DNA of 64,000 bases from Strigamia acuminata. Lineage: Eukaryota. The stretch is taken from the NCBI GenBank assembly GCA_949358305.1, contig OX442314.1, forward strand, positions 1,364,001 through 1,428,000, read 5' to 3'. Below the pieces are notes generated by a model. It saw nothing but the letters and a program-made list of their open reading frames with translations. It was not told where the DNA came from and made no database searches. Within the stretch, counting starts at the first letter, position 1. Each line of letters starts with the position of its first letter. The translations under genes and the position numbers were made by a program. Below, piece by piece: positions 52,301-60,757 of the stretch.

Positions 52301-52820
52301 CATTTCGAAAGTCTATTTTCATCTTCACAGAAATATATACCGTATTTTAACGATTAAGAGTCGCCCTTGAATTGTAGCCGTCCTCGAATAGTAGCCGCGG
52401 CTGAGTCACCAAGAATACCGTATGTTTGAAAAAGTACAGTATTGTTTCCGTATTAAACCTCACGAACGACGAACGTACGCTTCGTTCGTGACTTCAGACT
52501 TCGTTTGTTACATTAAACAAATGTAACAAACGAAAAATCGAAATTGTAATTGCTGACAAAAATGGCAGTTTTGAATTTGAGCCGCGGCTTTTAATCCATA
52601 AAATACGGTAATTCATGACTTAAAACAGCTAAAATTAAGTTAAATTAGATACTTGCCCTATTCACGTGCATAATGTCAAAATTTTTCATTAAGCTTGATT
52701 CCTCCCACAGTTGAGTGTAATTTGAAATATTAACTTTTAAATTGAAAAGTCCTTTCAGTGCCAATGCACAACATTGAAACTTAAATACAGCGTTTTCAAA
52801 ATTGTCAAGTTTTGGTTTTT
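34334..52820 (-). CDS. DEG/ENaC gene B, remainder: two-repeat channel protein (exons ~52820-52657, 49373-49247, one unresolved, 49007-48944, 48254-48165, 48104-48001, 41738-40892, 40264-40174, 40114-40026, 39716-39615, 38089-37983, 34712-34334)
   Basis: Splice sites and phases are consistent, except a GC donor at 52656 and an unresolved junction at 49246-49008. Two thumb domains (KCYQEC...CRLPYM...CGCLKPC; QCKDSC...CHCQPSC) and two TM2 motifs (DFGGNLGFSLGLS; DVGNGFGLMLGLS). Disrupted in this assembly by Copia insertion and inversion. Confidence 0.75.
34924..35361. mobile_element. MITE with TACCGTATATCT / AGATATACAGTA ends
   Basis: Short TIRs with TA termini and internal GCGGGCC subrepeats; similar ends at 52338-52610. 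Confidence 0.6.
35381..37755 (+). mobile_element. Mutator-like element (SWIM type), decayed
   Basis: TIRs GGG...TTATTTTGACACTATTTTCCCT; 9-bp TSD GAATATAAC at 35372-35380 and 37756-37764. Confidence 0.9.
35842..37577 (+). pseudogene. MULE transposase pseudogene (DDE fragments, SWIM remnant, AT-hook-like tail)
   Basis: Fragments in several frames: LVADCAEAI, CWAHV, TNNGLGS, CTCPVF, KRKRGQP; frameshifts and stops. Confidence 0.85.
38383..38519. mobile_element. Small hAT-type MITE
   Basis: TIR CAGGGATGGGG / CCCCATCCCTG; 8-bp TSD TCCTAGAC / TCCTAAAC. Confidence 0.7.
40428..40567. repeat. AT-only 20-bp minisatellite (TTATAATTATAAATATATAA)
   Basis: About 7 tandem copies in an intron of gene B. 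Confidence 0.85.
40892..41738 (-). CDS. Junction exon of gene B: thumb and TM2 of repeat 1, ~50-aa linker, TM1 and start of ectodomain of repeat 2
   Basis: One stop-free frame: EEYTYDKIALLIDFGGNLGFSLGLSLLSL...RFAHLIVLVVSTVLATILAVMKVQLYYSEPTKMVVTVVENSTLYLPDIIACG. Confidence 0.85.
41982..42742. mobile_element. Non-autonomous TIR element, TA flanks, ~110-bp TIRs (Tc1/mariner-like)
   Basis: CGACCCGCACCCATGTGTATT... and ...AATACACATGGGTGCGGGTAG inverted ends. Confidence 0.75.
44063..46333 (-). CDS. FLYWCH-MULE transposase with AT-hook and C-terminal C3HC4 RING finger (756 aa, intact)
   Basis: WMRC...C...HEH finger; DATF, TDYE, CSFH and TNNSLESWH (D, D, CxxH, E); RPRGRPR; CLLC...CGHMACAAC...CHVC. 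Confidence 0.92.
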   Translation of the reverse strand: MESNLIKLPSHSKLDKRQWYDELKYIYREDRQCAANPDTMWMRCIVATCRCRGKLNMLTNAFQLCTPHEHGTTSFNVNCKLFAYELVANCRKLNPSAPKKPEYNKLCIKYPDVALQRPYISFKSTLNRQCKKDIPKLDSLNSFYAFLELQKNTVAQNERLSFIYDATLIGEDGSVSVFFINHEMCTELQSKSREFHVDATFKVVPKFADGGSQFYQFLTVQGMVGSKLIPFCYCLMTRKSRIAYDKVFSHLASTLTIIETGTTFMTDYETAMFKSLEEAFPSCNIVHCSFHFCEAIRRKAMQLGLQPFYSSDEYAWAVIHLVMALVYLPASKVQDGFQIVETYWHAASREGQVAELMAEFFRYFREQWLMEVTAARMSVFELPHRTNNSLESWHSSLPATLGKHTLPIHFVVALSQVDHTATVSFAQEMRGLDTQQCPNRHCLMNDSCIRRFMANYSSNLINEFEFLKSVAYRVSNMGGGISLDCNGVAIPNGLLAAPTVIPRIPTVNTTGRYQPPTPPVDPPSFNLDDAIAAATQSRNQPAVARRRMIHTAPVRDPDVPRRPRGRPRTCPLPQEPLPEPVPDEPLLEPVTEPAQPFRRSLRHRRSPDADADQQLPPPQRRHTRRNIATLLATRVQAVVELDDDEDYGVTPDDWDDMRERQRLQYIARLPAEVHVLATELVELLTEASENLVVQQEQNELTCLLCSTTRSNIAYKCGHMACAACIRTSVQFSVELKCHVCRAVMTERRDLTRLFII
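46372..46805. repeat. GC-rich ~21-27-bp tandem repeats just upstream of the transposase start
   Basis: Degenerate GAACTTGCGTGTGCGGGCGTCGGCTTA units. Confidence 0.85.
50589..52202 (+). mobile_element. Solo LTR related to Gypsy A, carrying a MITE insertion
   Basis: TGTTGTG...CGCAACA ends; 4-bp TSD GAGT (50585-50588; 52203-52206); colinear with 21503-22683. Confidence 0.88.
51640..52124. mobile_element. PIF/Harbinger-type MITE nested in the solo LTR
   Basis: TIR GGGGCC(A/G)TCCATAAATTA(T/C)GTAA; 3-bp TSD TTA; absent from the paralogous LTR. Confidence 0.88.
52338..52610. mobile_element. MITE with TACCGTATTTT / AAAATACGGTA ends
   Basis: Short imperfect TIRs with TA termini. Confidence 0.6.
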
Positions 52821-52825
52821 GTTTC

Positions 52826-55375
52826 TGTAGTTTTTAGTGTCGAAGGTTGGGACAATGATAAGACGCGTGGTTAGGTTTAACAGCAAATGACTAACTTTAT
52901 TCTAATTGCTAACACATTATATACAGGTGCGCTCAACCCTGATTGGTTTACGCCAAGTACGTCATCTGGACGTCGTGGGTGCGCAGGTGAAACGTTCACC
53001 TGGCGTGAAGACTGGGCACTCAAAACCAACACTTCCCCTGAGTGCCAGTCACCACATATTCCAACATTTTTACATCTCAAAAGTTAAAATAATTAAAAAC
53101 ACTTTTCTTAAACAATTCAAATATTAAACATATTTTTCTCAAACAATTCAAATATTTTGTTTTACTAATTAATACTCTTCATATCGAATTCTTCCTGGTG
53201 GTTTTCCATTTCGATTTGAATACAGCCTCCGAGTTCTCGAAGATTGTCGCGGAGGCGCTCGTACGTTTTTGATCTGGAGAGTTTCGACTTCCCCTTGTTC
53301 AGTCTCGTTCTCGACTTCATCATTGATCTTGATTTCGACTTCCCCTTGTTCCGTCTCGTTCTCGAAAATTTCTACTTCGTTCTCGTTCTCGGAAATTTCA
53401 ACTTCGTTCTCGTTCTCGGAAATTTCGGCTTCGCTCTCGTTCTCGGAAATTTCGGCTTCGCTCTCGTTCTCGGAAATTTTGACTTCGTTCTCGTTCTTGT
53501 CTAGTTCCACACTTGATTCCTCACTCGGCTGCAAAATCATATATTGCGCCATTTCCATTAATGTTTGACTTATCTGTTCTGCAAAGTCGTTTTTCAGTTT
53601 CTTCAAAATTGATTCGTATTCGAGCTTCTCGTGCCATTCGCGAATTTTTACGTTCTCGGTTCTAGTCTTCTTGACTTCCGCAGCTGTTTTCTTGTTTTCG
53701 GCTCTCGTCTTCTTGACTTCCGCAGCTGTTTTCTTGTTCTCGGTTCTCGTCTTCTTGACTTCCGTACTTGCTTTTTCGGTCTTCATGTTCCCGGTTCTGA
53801 CTTCGATTTCCATTGCGGTCGCAGCATCCTCGGTCTTGTCGACGATGTAATATAATCCGTTTCTTTTTTCGGCGGTGAATACGATTTCTCCCTTCGGGCT
53901 TATTATTTCTGCTGATTTATTGTCAAAAATCACCTTGTGTCCCCGCTCTGTGATCTTTCCGACTGACATCAAATTCGTTCGCAAATCCCGTACCAAGAGA
54001 GTCTCCGTCAAATCCAACTTCATATTTCCGTCTCCAGTTTTGACGACGATTTTCGCGGTTCCTTTTCCGTCGATGTTCGTACTCGCTTTACTGGCCAAAT
54101 TCAATTTCTGGTTCTTCAGGAATTCGATCGTTGAAAATGTTGAATTGCTCGAGCACATGTGGGAACTTGCGCCGCTGTCCAAACACCAATTTCTCGGCCG
54201 TGACTTCTCGCATTTCAATGCTGTCTCGTTTTGTTCGCAGAAAAATAATTCGTACTTGGACTTCTCGGCTCTCGATGCGCTTTCCTTCTTGCTTTTACTT
54301 CGGCAATCGGCGATTTTGTGGCCGATTTTTCCGCAACCGTGGCACTTGAACTTGAAAGTCGGCTTTTCATCAGAATCCGATTCATCGTCGCCGTTCTTCG
54401 GCTGCCTCCGTTTTTGGAACGATTTCTTGGCCAACATTGCGTCGGATACTTCTTCTTTATCTTTTTCTTGAGAAATTGCTGCGGCTATAATTTTAGCTTT
54501 TAGCGCTTCCAGCGTCGGCAATGTGTCTCGCGATTCCATCGTGATCTTGAACGTATCGAATGATTTCGGCAAACTTTGCAACAGCAGCGTCCCAGTAAGT
54601 GTCGGATGGATTTCCATATCCATGTCGAGTAGCTTATCAACCGCTTCAAAAAATCCCTTCAGATAGTCACGCACGTTTTCGTTCTCAGCCATTTTGTTTC
54701 CGCAAATTTGTTTCAGCAACATGCCCATATTTGCCGGTCCTTTCGCTTCGTAAATTTCGTCCAATTTTCTCCATAATTCGTTTGAGGTTTTACAGTTTTT
54801 CAACAATCGAATCTCCGACTGTTTTACGTGTAGCAAAATATCGTATCTCGTGTTTCTGTCTCTCACGTCCCAATTTTCGGCGGCTTTCTTGGTGTTATTG
54901 TTGCTTGGATCAACTTCTGGTCGCTTCAATGTTCCGTCCGCGTACTTTAAGAGATCGTTCTTCCCCAAAATTGCTTCCATTTGGACTTTCCAGGCATCGT
55001 AGTTTTCTTTCCCCAGTGGTTCGATTCTAGCCGAAATTCCGCCTGCATTCGCCATCGTTTCTGATTTTGTTTCTCGAAACGGTTCGTATCAAAAACGTTT
55101 TGACTTCTTCGATCGTTTCGTCCCAAATCTCGATATTATCCGCAGTGGAAGCGTGCTGGGCCCATAACCTGTAGTTTTTAGTGTCGAAGGTTGGGACAAT
55201 GATAAGACGCGTGGTTAGGTTTAACAGCAAATGATTAACTTTATTCTAATTGCTAACACATTATATACAGGTGCGCTCAACCCTGATTGGTTTACGCCAA
55301 GTACGTCATCTGGACGTCGTGGGTGCGCAGGTGAAACGTTCACCTGGCGTGAAGACTGGGCACTCAAAACCAACA
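52826..55375 (-). mobile_element. Copia-derived non-autonomous LTR element, copy 2 (LTRs 52826-53031 and 55170-55375)
   Basis: Near-identical to copy 1 but 42 bp shorter; flanks in element orientation are AAGAT (5') and GAAAC (3'). Confidence 0.95.
53169..55055 (-). CDS. Copia Gag-protease polyprotein (628 aa)
   Basis: Same protein as 28486-30414 minus one 14-aa repeat unit. Confidence 0.92.
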   Translation of the reverse strand: MANAGGISARIEPLGKENYDAWKVQMEAILGKNDLLKYADGTLKRPEVDPSNNNTKKAAENWDVRDRNTRYDILLHVKQSEIRLLKNCKTSNELWRKLDEIYEAKGPANMGMLLKQICGNKMAENENVRDYLKGFFEAVDKLLDMDMEIHPTLTGTLLLQSLPKSFDTFKITMESRDTLPTLEALKAKIIAAAISQEKDKEEVSDAMLAKKSFQKRRQPKNGDDESDSDEKPTFKFKCHGCGKIGHKIADCRSKSKKESASRAEKSKYELFFCEQNETALKCEKSRPRNWCLDSGASSHMCSSNSTFSTIEFLKNQKLNLASKASTNIDGKGTAKIVVKTGDGNMKLDLTETLLVRDLRTNLMSVGKITERGHKVIFDNKSAEIISPKGEIVFTAEKRNGLYYIVDKTEDAATAMEIEVRTGNMKTEKASTEVKKTRTENKKTAAEVKKTRAENKKTAAEVKKTRTENVKIREWHEKLEYESILKKLKNDFAEQISQTLMEMAQYMILQPSEESSVELDKNENEVKISENESEAEISENESEAEISENENEVEISENENEVEIFENETEQGEVEIKINDEVENETEQGEVETLQIKNVRAPPRQSSRTRRLYSNRNGKPPGRIRYEEY

Positions 55376-55556
55376 ATCTTTTTAGCCTAAAAATTGATAT
55401 CTTTTTAGCCTAAAAATTGATATCTTTTTAGCCTAAAAATTGATATCTTTTTAGCCTAAAAATTGATATCTTTTTAGCCTAAAAATTGATATCTTTTTAG
55501 CCTAAAAATTGATATCTTTTTAGCCTAAAAATTGATATCTTTTTAGCCTAAAAATC
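55376..55556 (-). repeat. 23-bp minisatellite, second half of the split array
   Basis: ATCTTTTTAGCCTAAAAATTGAT, ~8 copies; reverse complement of the 30758-31003 unit. Confidence 0.92.
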
Positions 55557-56857
55557 GATGTTTTGTCCGCAGACCGGACTACCTTCGCCTTCAAATATGA
55601 TTTGGTTTGTAAAGTGAATAAATAATAATTAATAATTAAACTTTTTCAATTATTACCAAATTTTGTCATTGGGTGTGCTGGCGCTTTTGATTTTCAGCCG
55701 TTGTATGGAACCACGGATCAACGAAAGCATATTGAGTCCATCTATCCAAAACACTAAGGAAAATATTTTTTATAAATTATAAAATCATAGATCAATTCAA
55801 GAATCTGAACTGAAAACAACTTACCGAAATTTTGACACACAAACACCTACTTGTAAGATCGTAGACAGTGGACACGGTGATTACGTCAGAAATCACTACG
55901 TTCTTAAGTGGTTACCACAAATGATAAGGCGCTGCTCTCGAACTTTAGTTTCATATTTTGACAGTAGGGAAACATGGTTTCGGCGGATTCGCAACCGTTT
56001 TCCGTTGATGGTTTGCTTGCGCTGCTGACGAATAGAATTAAACACAAGTTAGTTTACCGATTACGTTCAAGTACTTGTATTTTCATAAATTGATGAATAA
56101 GTTTATATTTTTCTCACAAAGCCTCACCAATCTCGAGCGATGCCTATATCTTTCTATTTTACCATACCGAGGCCACAATCCTGTGTGTACTCAACTGTAC
56201 TCAACTTGTGTTAACGAACTGAATGACAAAGAAGTATTATTATTTGTGATTTAATGTTTAGTTCTGTCGTTACCAATAACTTATAAGTTTTTTATTCTCC
56301 GAAAGGTTCAACACCAAGCATGAATGAATGTCTGAGACACACGGCATTGGATGTCACCACGAACAACATGAATTGGCCAACGTCAAGTTCTAATCGCTGA
56401 AGTCCTTCATTTATCACGTAAATCACGAATTTTCTATTAATATTTTCCTTCATTGTCTAAATGCGGTGTGAGTAGCCTCCTGGTTGTTTACCTGTTATTT
56501 AGAATGTAAATATTGCCACTTACGATGCATCTATATTGAAATTAAGTTTGGTATAAGCATCAGACGACCGTGTAAATGGTGGGGTATGTACATTTTACAG
56601 TAGGCGCATTCGAAAAGTCATTAAAACGAGTGTAAACGTGTTTACACTCGTTTTCACACGACATTTACACGAATTAATTCGTGTAAATGTCGTGTAAACT
56701 GGTTAAACGGAAACGGCCTGTACGCCACGTTTCCGTTTAAAATCTCCGTGCAACGAGTTTTCTCCTTCAAATCGGGTCTTGCTGGCAGCCATCTTGGATT
56801 TTTGTTAGATCGGTTCCAACGATTTCAATGGTAAGAACAATTTTGTAGCAGTTATTA

Positions 56858-57172
56858 GCCGCATCTGTGAGGTCGAATGTGGCCATTGTTCGGCCTCATT
56901 TGTGCAATCGAATGCGGTCGATGTTCGGCCGCATTTGTGCGATCGAATGTGGCCGAACACCGACCGCATTCGATCGCACAAATGTGGCCAATGTTCGGCC
57001 GCATTTGTGCGAACATTGGCCACATTTGTGCGATCGAATGCGGCCGGTGTTGGGCCACATTTGTGCGATCAAATGCGGCCAGAATTCGGCCGCATTTATG
57101 CGATCGAATGCGGCCAGTATTCGGCCGCATTTGTGCGATCGAATGCGGCCGACGTTCGGCCGACGTTCGGCC
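56858..57172. repeat. Degenerate ~35-bp tandem repeat (GCATTTGTGCGATCGAATGCGGCC...TTCGGCC)
   Basis: About 8 units, at least one inverted; produces spurious ORFs. Confidence 0.8.
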
Positions 57173-59053
57173 AATTCCCCGTTCTTAAATAAGTAATAAT
57201 ACAAAAAATAATTTAAATAACATTACATTTATAATTATAACCAAGTTTTTATAATTTTACAAGTTGAAATTGAACGCGCCTGTTTTTTAAGAGTTGTGAT
57301 GATTACAAATCCGTATTTATCAATGTTCACAATAGATGGCGCTGTTTACCAAACGCGCGTAATTCAAACTCGATAAAACTAAAAAAGGTGTGATAAATAA
57401 TTATTTAGACACGGTGAATAAAAATATAACTATTTTATTCGACATAAATTAAGTATTATTTACTTGACAAGTTGATTCTATCGAATCAATATCCACGCTA
57501 CTTACCTGTCGAAGGGAACCAACTGGACCCTTCCGGACCCCAACTGGGCCCATCTGGACATAGTCATATATTAGGTCCGGACTAGTGACCCACGAATCCG
57601 CCGATTCGTACGCTGATTGGCTGTCGCCAATTTAGTAGTTCTACAGAACTATATAAGCTCCAGTTTCTCACCCACTAACCCCCCTGGCTTGATAACTGAA
57701 CTTGTATATTGTCTGTAGTTGAATTGTTATTGTTTGATTTCATTATTCTCTATCGACACATCAGGCCACCTCAGCTCTCCACAGTTAGTATTCATTACTA
57801 TTTGTTATTGCTGTTGTAGGGCTATTTCGGGAAGGCTAACTCCGGTAATAGACATGCATTCGCATGAAATGGCCCCGTAACGTTAGCCAGCTGTTCTACG
57901 GGACAGTAGGACTTCGTACGGTGGCTTAATATAACGGTCGTATACAGTACGACCTTGCTAAATGAAAGTAGGTCCCTCAGCTAACTGGCCACAGTCTGCT
58001 GCAGGATGGTTGTTGTAAACAGCCCACGCAGGTTCCCGTCTTTCTACGATTGGTCCTTCCGCTCGTTAAAAGTCGGTAAAGGCCTAATACACAGGTAACA
58101 CGCCGGGTTGGTAGCCCGTGAGTAATATCTAAAGATGTTGCGATAAATAACTACCTGGATAATGGTAATCCAACGGCAGTGGCCGATTAATATTTTACCC
58201 GGTGCTCGATCTGCTGATCCCGTCATCGTAAGGCATGCTGGCGGATGGAGGAGTCAAATCCTCCCGCGATGGTTCTCCCGACCGTCGTGACGGTCCCCGC
58301 CCCATCGTACCCTCCGGGTTAGTAACCCGTGAACAGGAGTTGAACAACACTGTGCTAAACAAATTACTCGGGCATTGGTAATCCTGTATTGGCAATATCT
58401 TTTAAACCCGGTAAGTCCATAGAAATGTTTACCTGGTGGTTGGTACCACCGATAGCGAACTAAAGCGTACAATTAAATACTCGGCGCCTGATCACGAGAT
58501 CTTGTCGTCGTAAGGCATGCTGGCGGATGGAGTCTCAACAACTCCCGCGACGTTCTCTCAATTGTCGTGACGGTCCCCGCCCAATTAATATTTATATAAC
58601 AATTCATTTGTTGTATTATTTTAATCACTTGACTTTTATTCATTTGAAACAATGGAATATTCTGCCGAATATTCCTGTTTATGCGTAGGACTCTTCGCAT
58701 ATTTAGATAAACGATGCTGCGGACCAAATACGTCTCCGTAGCGATATTTGTGACGATGCCGCAAGTCAGCCGTATCCCTCTGGCTTCGCCCGGATCCTCA
58801 ACCAGTTGATGCCGCCGTTTACACGCGTCAAGAACCCACCATTTTGTTATTGTTATCATTCAGTAATAAATATGTTATGTCACACTAAAAACTGTAAGTT
58901 ATTTCTGCTCAGCCATGAATTCCTATTTTTACACAGACTTCTGTAAGCTTATCTCGGTTAGGTTGTTGCTACTCCTAGCAACGTCTTGTTTAAACCGATT
59001 GTTTACCTATTTTAAATGGCTATTAAATCAGCCAAAAGTAGAATCGTCACAAG

Positions 59054-59071
59054 TGGAGGTTCTACTGAGAT
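59054..59071 (+). promoter_or_regulatory. Primer-binding site, probably tRNA-Gln
   Basis: TGGAGGTTCTACTGAGAT, 2 nt after CA; the tRNA-Gln complement TGGAGGTTCCACCGAGAT differs by two C/T (wobble-compatible) positions. Confidence 0.7.
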
Positions 59072-60194
59072 AAGGCTGCAAAAATTCAAATGAATTTTGA
59101 GTGTGTGTATTTATAAGAATTCAGAAATGTGCTTACGGTGATAAAATTTCAAATGAAATTTTTTCTGTGTGTAAAATAAATTTCGAACGAAATTTATATT
59201 TGTATTTAATATATTTTATTCTGTTTTAGAACTTCTCGCAAGAAAATAAGTGTAATTCCCTTTATTCCGATTCTCCGCCGTGGAAATTATACGTTTTAAC
59301 AAAAAAAAAATAATTTCTACCGCGTGGTCAGGCCTAAAGGCCCAACCCGAGAATGGGAGTCTTGCCCGAACTTGTTGAAGTTGGTTCCGTCCGGATAACG
59401 TCATTTTGTCATCGACAATCTGACAAAATCACGCGGTCGGGCCTAATTCTGAAAAGTTGACTTTTGATGGAATTCTTAAAGAATTCTATCAATTTAACAG
59501 TTGTTTTAATTTTAGAAATATTTTTTTTTCACATGTATTTTGCTTGAGACTTCAAGTTAAACCTAAATTTATTTGCCTAAATAAATTAGAAAGAAAATTG
59601 ACGTTTTTCAAAGGAATTAAAATTTATATTTTATTTCAAAGTGGGTTTTCCTTATTTTACAGACTTGATCTACATTAAAATGTTGGTTAAAAATCGTGAT
59701 CTCAAGTCATTGAAATCGAACTTGACGAATGGAATACCATTCGAATTTTAGCGAAGAAGAATTCTTGCTGTTGGGTTGCCTAGCAACCCGCGTTGTGCAG
59801 AAAAGCCGTCGATTCAAACGAATCGGCGCGACTTTTGAAATTACGAGTTTTAAAAACTTTAAAAATTCCATAAAGGTGATCATTCATTTATTAATAAATG
59901 CGGTGATATTTTAAAATACTTTGAAAAGTATCCATTTTGTTTAGTGACTACGTCATAACACTGGAATCTGACAAGATTACGGGTCCACGAACTTGATGAT
60001 TTCCACCAATCTCGGACGAGATTGGACTCTCGCGAGACTAGCGTTGATACTTGACCAATCAGAGAGGTGTATCGAAGTACCCTTACTTCCTTTCGAACTA
60101 GTGTGACCACTGCTTCGTTTGCGATCCTTCTGAACGTTTGCAACTTCACCGTTATCTCTCAGACTTAGGAAATTTTCTTAGTTTAAGTTTAGTT

Positions 60195-60757
60195 ATGACT
60201 AATAACCAACATCACATGAACACCCGTGGTAAGGAAAGAACTTGTTTGACCGGTGGAATGAATCTATCCGGGTTTATACCTGTTCCTAATGGAACTGAAG
60301 AAGTGGAAAACCACGCGGTCCATAATGGCGTTTCAAATGAAACAGCCGGACCATCTGGAGAGAATAGGGCTCCACGTGAACCTACTCCGCCTGGAGAAGA
60401 GGAATGCATTCCTGAAGGTTCTCATTTAGGCCGAGGCGGTCTATTATTTTGTCAGGATCACGGTTTGAACCCAAACCAATTTAGATCTTTGACCGAAGTA
60501 TTAGATTTTGTGCACGCGCGTCGTGCTACGTCGGAGCAACCTAATTCCCCAGCCAGCCAAAGATTAAATAATTTTAGTCCCACTCCTTCGACGCCTATTT
60601 CTAGATATAGAAATAAAAATGCACAACCTCCTCGTCAAGATCAGTCGAATTTGACACCAGGAGATTTCAATCGTGCTTTCCAACAACGATTACGAGCGAA
60701 TAACTTCGCTCGCAACCAACAAAGAGGATTTACAAATCCAGAGAACTTTGAGAATAC
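60195..60757 (+). pseudogene. gag: N-terminal gag stub of Gypsy B, joined out of frame to mid-RT
   Basis: Low-complexity P/N/Q-rich ORF start that switches abruptly to RT sequence (TPNGPYQFVRMPFGL) in another frame at ~60758. Confidence 0.6.
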
